DNA from: Candidatus Leptofilum sp.
GTDB taxonomy: Bacteria > Chloroflexota > Anaerolineae > Promineifilales > Promineifilaceae
NCBI RefSeq assembly: GCF_965223285.1
Contig: NZ_OZ244997.1
Location: 3,919,150 to 3,983,149, forward strand
Direction: 5' to 3'
DNA: 64,000 nucleotides
Shown in pieces: positions 29,813 through 38,549 of the stretch. The notes under the pieces are model-generated. The model was not told where the DNA came from and ran no database searches. It saw only the letters and a list, made by a program, of their open reading frames with translations. The translations under genes and the position numbers were made by a program. The stretch's first letter is position 1. Each line of letters opens with the position of its first letter.

Positions 29813-30340
29813 ATGAAACTTATCATCATTTATGGATCGGAAGCGACCGGAAAACTAACAATTGCGAGAGAACTCGCCAAAGTGACTGGATTCTGTTTGT
29901 TTCACAACCATGTTAGTGTGGATGTAGCCAAAACATTCTTTGACTTCGGCATGGTTGAATTTGGTGATCTTGTCTGGGATGTACGTATTCTGGCATTAGA
30001 GCATGCAGCCAAAGGGAATATCTCTGGCGTAATCTTCACCTGGGCTTATTCACATCCTGACTTTCAGCCATATTTGTACAGGTTGAGGGAATTGTGTAAA
30101 AAGCATGATGTTGAGACTTGGTATGTTCATGTTTTTTGCTCAAGAGAAGAACTCAAGAAGCGAGTACTCCAAAATGATCGGAAAGCTGTTGGAAAAATTA
30201 ATACAATCGAAGCATTGGAGCGGCAATTGGCACAGAAGAATCATCAAGTGATACCTGATACTGACTCCCTGATCATTGATAATACAACACTATCTCCGCA
30301 AGATGCTGCTAGAATAATATTAGAACATTTTGAAATCTGA
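29813..30340 (+). CDS. Small P-loop kinase-like protein (AAA_33 / shikimate-kinase-like fold), low-GC insert
   Basis: MKLIIIYGSEATGKLT is a degenerate Walker A. The gene is visibly AT-richer than its neighbours. Confidence 0.55.
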   Translation: MKLIIIYGSEATGKLTIARELAKVTGFCLFHNHVSVDVAKTFFDFGMVEFGDLVWDVRILALEHAAKGNISGVIFTWAYSHPDFQPYLYRLRELCKKHDVETWYVHVFCSREELKKRVLQNDRKAVGKINTIEALERQLAQKNHQVIPDTDSLIIDNTTLSPQDAARIILEHFEI

Positions 30341-30481
30341 GAATTATATTACTCAATCTCACCCTTGGATGTTGCTACAAAATTACTTGACGTAGTGCTT
30401 CCCAAAATCAGGGCAAGGTTATGAGAGATGTTAGTTAGCGCACATTGACAATTAACCATTAACAATTAACAATTAACCATT

Positions 30482-31189
30482 ATGAAAGGTTTCCCCGGCT
30501 TCCCAGATGGAAAATTGCGCACTACCATCGTGCCAAACCTTTTTTTTAGCGACTTGCTGCCCCACATCGATAACATCGCGGAACTAAAGGTGACGCTGTA
30601 TGCGTTTTGGGCGATGGGTCAGAAAGATGGCAAGGTGCGCTACCTGCGCCTGACCGACTTTTTGAACGATACGGAGTTTGTGAAGGGGCTAGGGGCAACC
30701 ACCGCCATCGCCACCGAAGCGTTGATGGACGGCATCGAGCGGGCGGTGGCGCGGGGTACCTTTTTACACGTCAACATCGAGAGTGCCGATGGCAAAATGG
30801 ACCTCTACTTTTTCAACACAGAAAAAGGGCGGGCGGCTTTTGAGGGCATTACCAAAGGGGAGTGGCGGCCCAACCCAGATGAAGATGAGCCAATTACGCT
30901 GCTGGTGGAACGGCCGAATATCTTCATCCTCTACGAACAAAACATTGGACCCCTCACGCCGATGGTGGCCGACGAACTGCGCGACGCCGAGCAGACCTAC
31001 CCCGTCCGGTGGATAGAGGAAGCAATCGAAACGGCCGTTGCTAACAACGTCCGCAAGTGGCGCTACATCATTGCCATTTTAGAAAGATGGCGACAGGAAG
31101 GAAAGAAAGATGGAATCGGCCGGCGAGATACTCAAAAAGAGCTACGCCAATCAGTCCCAGATGAATATCGTGACATCATCAAGCGGTGA
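30482..31189 (+). CDS. DnaD / DnaB_2-domain replication initiation (helicase-loading) protein
   Basis: C-terminal YEQNIGPLTPMVADELRDAEQTYPVRWIEEAIETAVANNVRKWRYIIAILERWRQEG matches the DnaD-like domain pattern. Confidence 0.7.
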   Translation: MKGFPGFPDGKLRTTIVPNLFFSDLLPHIDNIAELKVTLYAFWAMGQKDGKVRYLRLTDFLNDTEFVKGLGATTAIATEALMDGIERAVARGTFLHVNIESADGKMDLYFFNTEKGRAAFEGITKGEWRPNPDEDEPITLLVERPNIFILYEQNIGPLTPMVADELRDAEQTYPVRWIEEAIETAVANNVRKWRYIIAILERWRQEGKKDGIGRRDTQKELRQSVPDEYRDIIKR

Positions 31190-32522
31190 TGCTCCCGATG
31201 ATTCCGCAGCGGCAGGTGGCCTGGGGCAACCAGATTGCCCCCACTGCGGTGGCCTAGGGTACGTGATTCCCGATGTGCCGCCAGTGGATCCCCGCTTCGG
31301 ACGGGCGGTGGCCTGTAGCTGCCGCGCCGCCGAGCGCGAAATGGCTCGCATTGATAGCTTGCTCAAGTTGAGCCAACTGGGTGCCTTGCAAGATTGCACC
31401 TTTGATGCCTTCCTACCCGATGGGCATGGCCTTACCCCCGGCAAGCAACTTAACCTGAAGTTAGCTTACGACCGCACACTCGCTTATGCTAAAAATCCGG
31501 AAGGGTGGCTGGTACTAAAGGGCGGTTATGGTTGCGGTAAAACACATTTGGCAGCAGCCATTGCCAACCAACGTATTGCGATGGGGCATCCTGCTCTTTT
31601 TGTGAACACGCCAGATTTGCTAGATCATTTGCGAGCCACCTTTAGCCCCAATTCCCCAACAGGGTACGATGAACGATTTGAGCAAATTCGCAACACGCCC
31701 CTGCTCATCCTGGATGATTTGGGGGCGCAAAGCAACAGCGACTGGGCGCAAGAAAAACTGTATCAGATATTCAACCACCGCTACAACAGCCGCCTGGCGA
31801 CGGTCGTCACCACAAATTTAGAGCTTGAAGCAATTGAAATTCGCATACGCTCGCGCATGGTAGATCCTAGCCTGGTGCAGATCATTCACATTGCCGCGCC
31901 AGACTTCCGCCGGGCAGGGGTTGATCAGGAACAGTCAGAACTGTCTACCCTGAGCTTGCACCACGACAAAACGTTTGATAATTTTGATTTGCGGGAGCGG
32001 GAACTGCCTCGCGGCCAGGCAAGCAACCTACGCAACGCGCTGGAAACCGCCCGCGATTTTGCTGAAGCACCAACAGATTGGCTGGTGCTTAATAGCGTTG
32101 CCTTTGGCAACGGCAAAACCCATCTGGCCGCTGCTATTGCCAACGAGATGCAAAAGAAGGGCGAGCCGGTGCTTTTTATTTTGGTACCGGATTTGCTGGA
32201 TCATTTGCGGGCAACGTTTAATCCGGCGAGCGGCATGCGCTACGACAAGCGGTTTGACGAGGTAAAAACAGCCCCGCTGCTGATTTTGGATGATTTGGGG
32301 ACGGAAAGTGCCACGTCTTGGGCGCGTGAGAAGCTATACCAGCTTTTTAATTACCGCTACAATGCCCGGCTGCCCACAGTCATTACCACGGCCACACCCA
32401 TTGATGAAATTGATCCACGCCTGGCGACGCGCATGCTGGACGGCAGCCGCTGCACCTTCTTTTTGCTGGAAGTGCCTAGCTATCGCGGTGGCGTAAAACC
32501 CAAACGTGGCCGGAAACGGTAG
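31161..32522 (+). CDS. Tandem-duplicated DnaC/DnaI-like AAA+ helicase loader with an N-terminal CxxCxGxG zinc motif
   Basis: Two complete modules: GGYGCGKTHLAAAIAN...PDLLDHLRATF...LLILDDLG...VVTTN, then FGNGKTHLAAAIAN...PDLLDHLRATF...LLILDDLG...VITT. N-terminal CPHCGGLGY...CSC. The start is uncertain (31110 or 31161). Confidence 0.8.
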   Translation: MNIVTSSSGDAPDDSAAAGGLGQPDCPHCGGLGYVIPDVPPVDPRFGRAVACSCRAAEREMARIDSLLKLSQLGALQDCTFDAFLPDGHGLTPGKQLNLKLAYDRTLAYAKNPEGWLVLKGGYGCGKTHLAAAIANQRIAMGHPALFVNTPDLLDHLRATFSPNSPTGYDERFEQIRNTPLLILDDLGAQSNSDWAQEKLYQIFNHRYNSRLATVVTTNLELEAIEIRIRSRMVDPSLVQIIHIAAPDFRRAGVDQEQSELSTLSLHHDKTFDNFDLRERELPRGQASNLRNALETARDFAEAPTDWLVLNSVAFGNGKTHLAAAIANEMQKKGEPVLFILVPDLLDHLRATFNPASGMRYDKRFDEVKTAPLLILDDLGTESATSWAREKLYQLFNYRYNARLPTVITTATPIDEIDPRLATRMLDGSRCTFFLLEVPSYRGGVKPKRGRKR

Positions 32523-32563
32523 GTTAGCGATCCACATTCGGTATCAGCTTTGAACAGAACTGA

Positions 32564-33169
32564 TTACTGCCCTTCTGGGATTGTCAGCTTTGTGCCCGCA
32601 GTGACCCGGTCTGGATTGCTGATTTGGTTGGCTTCAACGATGGCCTGGACGGTGACGCCATAATGCCGGGCAATCGCGGTGAGGGTTTCACCGGGTTGGA
32701 CGGTATGCGTTTGGGCAGGTACGGCCGTTGGGAAATCTTCCGGGTTAACAGGGTCCTCACTTGCTTCTGCATCGTCTTCATTCGCCTCTTCTGCATCTGA
32801 CTCAGCTTCTTCAACGGTTTCTGCTTCACCAGCGGCTGCTTCATTTTCTTCTTCTACTTCTGGCTTCAGTGTTTCAGCTTCAGCTTCTGTGTTGATGATG
32901 GTGGCGGCGGGCTGAGCTTCGCCCAAAATGGCGGGGATAACTTTGCCAAAGATGTACGGCCGTAATAACCCAATAATCAGCGCGGCCCCCAACAGTACAA
33001 CTGCCAAAAGCGCAAACTTAATGAGTTCACTCTGCCTCTCATTTTCTGGTTCGTCATCCACCAAAATCAGATCTGGTTCGTTTGCCACGGCTGATTGTTC
33101 TTCAATTTCTTCGTTTTCGTTGTGAGTAACATCTGCTTCGCTCATGGGACCACTCCTCCAATCACGCAT
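32564..33169 (-). CDS. LysM-domain membrane protein with an acidic linker
   Basis: C-terminal [44 protein letters not shown], one TM helix, and a Glu/Ala-rich spacer. Confidence 0.8.
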   Translation of the reverse strand: MRDWRSGPMSEADVTHNENEEIEEQSAVANEPDLILVDDEPENERQSELIKFALLAVVLLGAALIIGLLRPYIFGKVIPAILGEAQPAATIINTEAEAETLKPEVEEENEAAAGEAETVEEAESDAEEANEDDAEASEDPVNPEDFPTAVPAQTHTVQPGETLTAIARHYGVTVQAIVEANQISNPDRVTAGTKLTIPEGQ

Positions 33170-33267
33170 AAAACATTATGACAAATGGTGCCACAGATTA
33201 GCAGGCTTGCCCAGTTTGGTCAAGCAGCGTCAAATTCTGCTAAAATCTGCTCCATCTTGGAGAGACT

Positions 33268-33984
33268 ATGATACATTTCAAACGATTGAGCATGCCATTG
33301 TTGCTGCTTTTGACGATGATAGTGATGGTAAACGGCCGTTCTCAACTTGCGAATGCTGGTGAAAATGAAACCGTATATCTGCCCTTGATTTTACATCCCT
33401 CGTTAGGGCCAAATTTGCTACCAAACGGCTCGTTTGAGCAAGGTTGGTACCACATAGACAATGTGCCAGAATTGCAAATTCCTGAAGGATGGCAGTTTGC
33501 CTATGCTGAAGGCGAGAATGAACTGGACCCAGACCCTTGGAATGTGTGGGTAAGGCCAGAGATGCGGGTGCTGTCTTCGGCGTTTTTGCCGCCTGAGGAA
33601 CACGATTTGTTCATTTGGGATGGCGATCAGACGGTGAAGGTTTTCAAGGGGTTTGGGGCCGTTCAGTTTGAGTTGACAACTGAGATGTTCCTGCAACCTG
33701 GCACCTACATCCTCGTTATCCACGTGTTCCCCGATTTGGTAGTGGGGTATGACAATGGCCAAAAAATCTGGGCACCAGACCCGCTTTCCGGCGAGGTGAA
33801 GCTGATTGCGGGCAACGGCACGACTGGCTGGCTGCTGCCCCAATTTGGCCAGAAAAACCGTGTTCAGACGACATTTACCATTACCAGCCCCCAAACTGTT
33901 GAAATCGGTGCTGCCATGCGCGGCCGTTGGGCCATCGAAAACAATGGCTGGTTTCTGGATGATTGGGGACTCTACAAACCGTAA
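33268..33984 (+). CDS. Secreted hypothetical protein (jelly-roll / CBM-like?)
   Basis: Signal peptide ending in ANA. The LLPNGSFEQGWYH opening is typical of CBM4/9-like beta-sandwich modules. Weak call. Confidence 0.45.
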   Translation: MIHFKRLSMPLLLLLTMIVMVNGRSQLANAGENETVYLPLILHPSLGPNLLPNGSFEQGWYHIDNVPELQIPEGWQFAYAEGENELDPDPWNVWVRPEMRVLSSAFLPPEEHDLFIWDGDQTVKVFKGFGAVQFELTTEMFLQPGTYILVIHVFPDLVVGYDNGQKIWAPDPLSGEVKLIAGNGTTGWLLPQFGQKNRVQTTFTITSPQTVEIGAAMRGRWAIENNGWFLDDWGLYKP

Positions 33985-33990
33985 AAAAAT

Positions 33991-34062
33991 ATCCACAGAT
34001 TTCGCAGATTCCCGCAGATCAAAAAAGAAATCTGTGAAAATCCGCGAAATCCGTGGCTAAAA
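33991..34062. repeat. ~70-nt hairpin element whose arms are 3 tandem 9-nt words (CCACAGATT TCGCAGATT CCCGCAGAT / AATCTGTGA AAATCCGCG AAATCCGTGG)
   Basis: Read directly. It ends ..GTGGCTAAA, 4 nt before the next start codon. Confidence 0.8.
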
Positions 34063-34065
34063 TCT

Positions 34066-34746
34066 ATGAACAAGATCGGAACATTGGCTGAAAAATCGCT
34101 ACATGCGGGCATCAAGGCGTGGTACGGCCGTGCCACCGACCAGTTTGAAGTAAAGGTAGATGGTTTTGTCATTGACATTGTGCGCGGCGAGCAGCTCGTT
34201 GAGATTCAGACGCGCCACTTTGGGGCCATGAAGCGCAAGCTGGCACGCCTGCTGGACAATCATCCGGTGCTGCTGCTGCATCCCATTGCCCAGGAGAAGT
34301 GGATTGTGCGGGAAACGGCCGTTGGCCAGCCAATCAGCCGCCGCAAATCACCTAAAAAAGGGCAACTGCTGGACATCTTCTCCGAACTAATGCGCATTCC
34401 GCACCTGTTGCCACATCCTAACTTAGTGGTTGGCGCGGTGCTGACCCAGCAAGAAGAAATTTGGCGTGACGATGGCCAGGGAAGCTGGCGGCGCAAAGGG
34501 TGGAGCCTGCACGATCATCGGCTGCTGGACGTGATGGGAATGCACACCTTCGCCACGTCCACCGACCTGCTTACCCTGCTGCCGCCCGATTTGCCCCAGC
34601 CATTTACCAACAAGCAGCTTGCTAAACTCGCCAAGATTCGCCTCAACATGGCTCAGCGCATTACGTACACACTGGCCCGATGTGATGTTGTTGAACAAGT
34701 TGGCAAGGACGGCCGTTCAAACCTCTACAGGATATTATCGTCTTAA
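34066..34746 (+). CDS. Hypothetical protein, possible PD-(D/E)xK nuclease fold plus a C-terminal wHTH
   Basis: EKSLHAGIKAWY...EVKVDGFVIDIVRGEQLVEIQT...KRKL..LL..HPVLLLHPI resembles a D...ExQ/K nuclease core. From memory only. Confidence 0.4.
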   Translation: MNKIGTLAEKSLHAGIKAWYGRATDQFEVKVDGFVIDIVRGEQLVEIQTRHFGAMKRKLARLLDNHPVLLLHPIAQEKWIVRETAVGQPISRRKSPKKGQLLDIFSELMRIPHLLPHPNLVVGAVLTQQEEIWRDDGQGSWRRKGWSLHDHRLLDVMGMHTFATSTDLLTLLPPDLPQPFTNKQLAKLAKIRLNMAQRITYTLARCDVVEQVGKDGRSNLYRILSS

Positions 34747-34848
34747 CGAAACGCTTGTGGTTTATACAAGAAAATATCATGCGAAGGCGCAAAGGTTCTA
34801 AGAACATCCTTTGCGGCTTTGCGTGAGACTTATTGATGCTAGGTGAAG

Positions 34849-35643
34849 TTAGGGCAATAGCACAAAAATGGAGCCGAAGCGGCCGGTTTTGCCTTTTTCG
34901 GCGCGGTGAGAGAAGAAGAGGTCGGTGCGATTGGCGGTGCAGAGGCCAGGCATCTCGATTTGGCGAACACCTGCTGCCAGCAATCGCTGGCGGTTCGCTT
35001 CAGGGAGATCGTAATGGTAACGGCCGTTTCCCTTCCCCTCCGGTTTTCGCAACAACAATTCCCACTCAGGAAAAGCAGCTTTTACTTCACTAACGAGCGG
35101 CTCAGCCACCTCATAATTCTCCCAGCTAATGCAGGGGCCAATCCCCGTCAGCAAATCGGCCGGATGGCTGCCAAACTGCTGCTGCATGGCCCGCACCATC
35201 GCGCCGGGTAAATCAACCACGGTGCCTTTCCAGCCTGCGTGGCCCAGCCCAATGGCGTGCTGTACCGGATCGACCAGCATGATGGGGGTGCAGTCGGCAA
35301 AGTTCATCGTCAAGCCACAGCCTGGCTGGTTAGTGATGATGGCATCGACATGCTCCATCCAGGTGCCGTTGTTGGCCTGCGTTACGCAGGCGACGTCGCT
35401 GCCGTGCACCAGGTGGGCGTGGACGACCGTATTGTTTTGCCGCCCAAACAGCCCAAACGCTTTGGCCCGATTGGCATAGACGGCCGTTTTCGCATCCGGT
35501 ACGCTTACGCTCAAATTCAACGAATCGTGTGGCGGTTGGCTAACCCCGCCTTGCCGAGAGAAGATGGCGTGCTGAATACGGCCATACGCCCCGAAGCTCT
35601 CAAACTCAAAATAAACAATCCCCGCATCTTCTTTCTGCAACAT
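34849..35643 (-). CDS. pgeF: Peptidoglycan editing factor PgeF / YfiH (DUF152, laccase-domain) protein
   Basis: VHAHLVHG..V, DAIIT, ADCTPI, GLGHAGWKGT, IGPCI, and FFSHR...GRFGSIF at the C-terminus. The start is trimmed to 35643 because the longer N-terminus is encoded by a repeat element. Confidence 0.85.
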   Translation of the reverse strand: MLQKEDAGIVYFEFESFGAYGRIQHAIFSRQGGVSQPPHDSLNLSVSVPDAKTAVYANRAKAFGLFGRQNNTVVHAHLVHGSDVACVTQANNGTWMEHVDAIITNQPGCGLTMNFADCTPIMLVDPVQHAIGLGHAGWKGTVVDLPGAMVRAMQQQFGSHPADLLTGIGPCISWENYEVAEPLVSEVKAAFPEWELLLRKPEGKGNGRYHYDLPEANRQRLLAAGVRQIEMPGLCTANRTDLFFSHRAEKGKTGRFGSIFVLLP

Positions 35644-35654
35644 ATTTTTAGAAT

Positions 35655-35728
35655 GGGACACAGATTGACACTGATTTGCACAGATAAGAAAGCAATCCGT
35701 AAAATCCGCGTTCATCTGTGGCCAAAAA
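35655..35728. repeat. Second full copy of the CACAGAT / ATCTGTGG stutter hairpin
   Basis: CACAGATTGACACTGATTTGCACAGAT ... AATCCGTAAAATCCGCGTTCATCTGTGGCCAAAAA. Confidence 0.7.
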
Positions 35729-35730
35729 TT

Positions 35731-36735
35731 TTATTCAGATGTGCGATTATGCCACTTTTGCAGCAATTCGGCTTCCTGCTCACGCTTTAATCCGGCACGC
35801 CATTCGTGGTCTGTGGGGCGGGTGGCTTGCCAGGTCAGGGTGTCGCGGATGGTTTCGGCCAACGGCCGTATCGCCAACCCATCGGCAAAGGCTTTGTCAC
35901 AATTTACCAGATTAAACCCCGGCAGCTCACTGCCCACCCACAGCGGTAAATCCGTCCACGTTGAGACCTCATGTTCGGTTAAAAATGGCTCGTCCACCCA
36001 GGTAAAGGTGGCATCACTGCCAGAGATGTCCCGGCTTGTAGTCAGCACATCGCCCAGCGTCACCGCCCCCGCCTGTCCGGTCACGTTGTAATCGCCACAT
36101 TTTTGCTGCTCAATCATGTGCAAAATCCACAAAGCCAAATCGCGGACATCAATGAACTGCGTCGGGTAATCTGGCGAGTCCGGGACCAGCAGTTCGCCAC
36201 CTTGGGCCACGCGATGGGGCCAATAGGTAAACCGGTCCGATTGGTCGTGCGGCCCCACGATGAGCCCGGCACGCACGTTCAAAACGCGCCCCGGCATGGC
36301 GGCTTCGGCCGCTCGCTCGCACAATGCTTTCAGCGGCCCATACGTCTCGCCGTTGACTTCTTCTACTGTTTCATCTTTCATGGTGCCAACGGCCGTATCC
36401 TCCGCCAAACCCGGTTCACGCATAGATTCGAATGGGTAGACCGAAATGCTGGAGATAAAGACATACTGTTTCACGGCATCAGCGAGCAAGGTAGCTGAAT
36501 CACGCACCAGCCGGGGGACGTAGCCACAGGTATCAATGACGGCATCCCAGGAACGGCCGTTCAGCACAGCCAGTCCCCCATCTCGATCCCCAACCAGCGT
36601 TTCCACCTGTCCGGAGTACAAACTTGGGTTGCTCTGACCTCGATTAAATAGCGTGATCTCATACCCCTTTGTCAAAGCCGCATCCACAATGGCTCTTCCC
36701 AAAAATCGCGTTCCGCCAATGACCAACAATTTCAT
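35731..36735 (-). CDS. NAD(P)-dependent epimerase/dehydratase (SDR) family protein
   Basis: MKLLVIGGTRFLGRAIV Rossmann motif. AAGGAG RBS lies before the ATG at 36735. Confidence 0.8.
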   Translation of the reverse strand: MKLLVIGGTRFLGRAIVDAALTKGYEITLFNRGQSNPSLYSGQVETLVGDRDGGLAVLNGRSWDAVIDTCGYVPRLVRDSATLLADAVKQYVFISSISVYPFESMREPGLAEDTAVGTMKDETVEEVNGETYGPLKALCERAAEAAMPGRVLNVRAGLIVGPHDQSDRFTYWPHRVAQGGELLVPDSPDYPTQFIDVRDLALWILHMIEQQKCGDYNVTGQAGAVTLGDVLTTSRDISGSDATFTWVDEPFLTEHEVSTWTDLPLWVGSELPGFNLVNCDKAFADGLAIRPLAETIRDTLTWQATRPTDHEWRAGLKREQEAELLQKWHNRTSE

Positions 36736-36908
36736 GATTAACTCCTTAAACAGTGGCAAAATGTGCCAACTTGACTTACGCTTGCTTCAATAAAGATGAT
36801 TGTTAAGAAAGATGATTGTAAAGGATAACAAAGATTAGATAACTGTCTACTGTTTTGCCGGATGGCACGATACAATTTTGCATCAAAATTTTCCCAAAGG
36901 AGCAGCAA

Positions 36909-38405
36909 ATGGAGATAAAAATTCAGCAAGGTGAAATCCAAACCAGCGAGGTGGAAACCCTCATCGTGAACCTGTTTGATGACGTGACAACGCCCAGCGG
37001 CGCAACAGGCGCAGTAGACCGAGCTTTAGGTGGCGCAATTAGCGAACTGATTGCCAGCGGCGACCTAACGGGCAAGGCAGGCGAAGTTAGCGTACTGTAC
37101 CCGCGAGGGGCGATGGCGGCGACGCGCGTTTTGGTCGTGGGTTTGGGCAAGCGTGATGACTTCAATCTGGAAGGCGTGCGGCAGGCGGCGGCGCACGGCA
37201 TTAAGCAGGCACACAAGCTCAAGGCCAAAAACGTCGCCACGATTGTACATGGCGCGGGCATCGGCGGTTTAGATGTGACGGTCGCAGCGCAGGCGACGGT
37301 GGAAGGCAGTTTATTGGCTACCTACCGCTTTGCCGCCACCAAACAAGAGCCAGAACCACCGCACGAGGTTGAGTCGCTAACGGTTGTGGAGTTTGACGGC
37401 AGTAAAGTGGCCGCTATCGAAGCGGGCAGCACCCAGGCACAGGCAATTGTGGCCGGGGTGACGATTGCCCGCGATTTGGTCAACATGCCGCCCAATGTGG
37501 CCACCCCGACTAAAATGGCAGATACGGCCGTTTCCATTGCCAATGATCACAACCTCAAACTCATCGTTGGGGATCGTGCCTGGGCTGCCGAGCGCAAGAT
37601 GGGGGGCTTTTTGGCGGTGGCCAAAGGGGCAGGCGAACCGCCCAAATTCATCGTGCTGGAACATAACGCCGAGCGAGAAGATTTGGATACGATTGTGCTG
37701 GTAGGCAAGGGCATCACCTTCGATACAGGCGGCATTTCGATTAAGCCCTCGGCCAATATGGGGTTGATGAAATCTGATATGGGGGGCGCAGCGGCCGTTT
37801 TGGGTGCAATGAAAGCTGTGGGCGCGATGGACCTACCGCTGCGCGTTATCGGCATTGCACCGTGCACCGAGAACATGCCAGATGCCAACGCTTACCGCCC
37901 GGCGGACGTGATCACCGCCAGCAACGGTACCACCATCGAAATCATCTCCACAGATGCCGAAGGGCGCATGGTGTTGGCCGATGGGCTGGTCTACGCCACG
38001 CGCTACAACCCCAAAGCGGTTATTGATTTGGCAACGCTGACGGGTTCGTGTGTGGTGGCTTTAGGCAAGGGAATGGCGGCTGGTTTGTTTAGCACAGATG
38101 ATAAATTGCGGGATAAGTTGGTAATGGCAGGAACGGCCGTACACGAGCGCGTCTGGCCCCTGCCCCTGTGGGACGATTACAAAGAAGCGATCAAATCTGA
38201 TGTAGCTGATATTAAGAACAGCGGCGGCCGTTTTGGCGGCGTGGCGACCTCTGCCATGTTCCTCAAACAGTTTACTGATTATCCCTGGGTGCATCTGGAT
38301 ATTGCCGGAATGGCTTTTAGTGACAAAGGCAACGCCTACACGCCGGGCGGTGGCACTGGCTACGGCGTGCGCTTACTCGTCGAATTTTTGCGAAATTGGG
38401 CATGA
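36909..38405 (+). CDS. pepA: Leucyl aminopeptidase (M17)
   Basis: VGKGITFDTGGISIKP, NTDAEGR-type STDAEGRMVLADGL, DLATLTG. RBS AAGGAGCAGCAA precedes the ATG. Confidence 0.92.
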   Translation: MEIKIQQGEIQTSEVETLIVNLFDDVTTPSGATGAVDRALGGAISELIASGDLTGKAGEVSVLYPRGAMAATRVLVVGLGKRDDFNLEGVRQAAAHGIKQAHKLKAKNVATIVHGAGIGGLDVTVAAQATVEGSLLATYRFAATKQEPEPPHEVESLTVVEFDGSKVAAIEAGSTQAQAIVAGVTIARDLVNMPPNVATPTKMADTAVSIANDHNLKLIVGDRAWAAERKMGGFLAVAKGAGEPPKFIVLEHNAEREDLDTIVLVGKGITFDTGGISIKPSANMGLMKSDMGGAAAVLGAMKAVGAMDLPLRVIGIAPCTENMPDANAYRPADVITASNGTTIEIISTDAEGRMVLADGLVYATRYNPKAVIDLATLTGSCVVALGKGMAAGLFSTDDKLRDKLVMAGTAVHERVWPLPLWDDYKEAIKSDVADIKNSGGRFGGVATSAMFLKQFTDYPWVHLDIAGMAFSDKGNAYTPGGGTGYGVRLLVEFLRNWA

Positions 38406-38549
38406 ATATTGCAGGTGGCAAGTTGCAAGTATGGAAGTCTTTACTGCCACCTGCAACTTGCACCACTTGCCTACTTTTCCCGACTCACTTTATAATCCAC
38501 TCAGTAACTCGCACATACGTAATTGTGTCCACAAAATTAGGAGAAAAAA

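Noticed and set aside
31110-31160. Longer N-terminus for the DnaC-like gene
   Set aside because: It would overlap the DnaD-like gene by 80 nt. The ATG at 31161 gives a 29-nt overlap. Neither start has a strong RBS, so the start remains uncertain.
27768-32522. Prophage or plasmid replication module (nuclease, DnaB, DnaD-like, DnaC-like)
   Set aside because: No integrase, terminase, capsid, repressor or att-like repeats are nearby. The dnaB is full-length and looks like the chromosomal copy, so I interpret the cluster as the host replication-loader operon with one small foreign insert.
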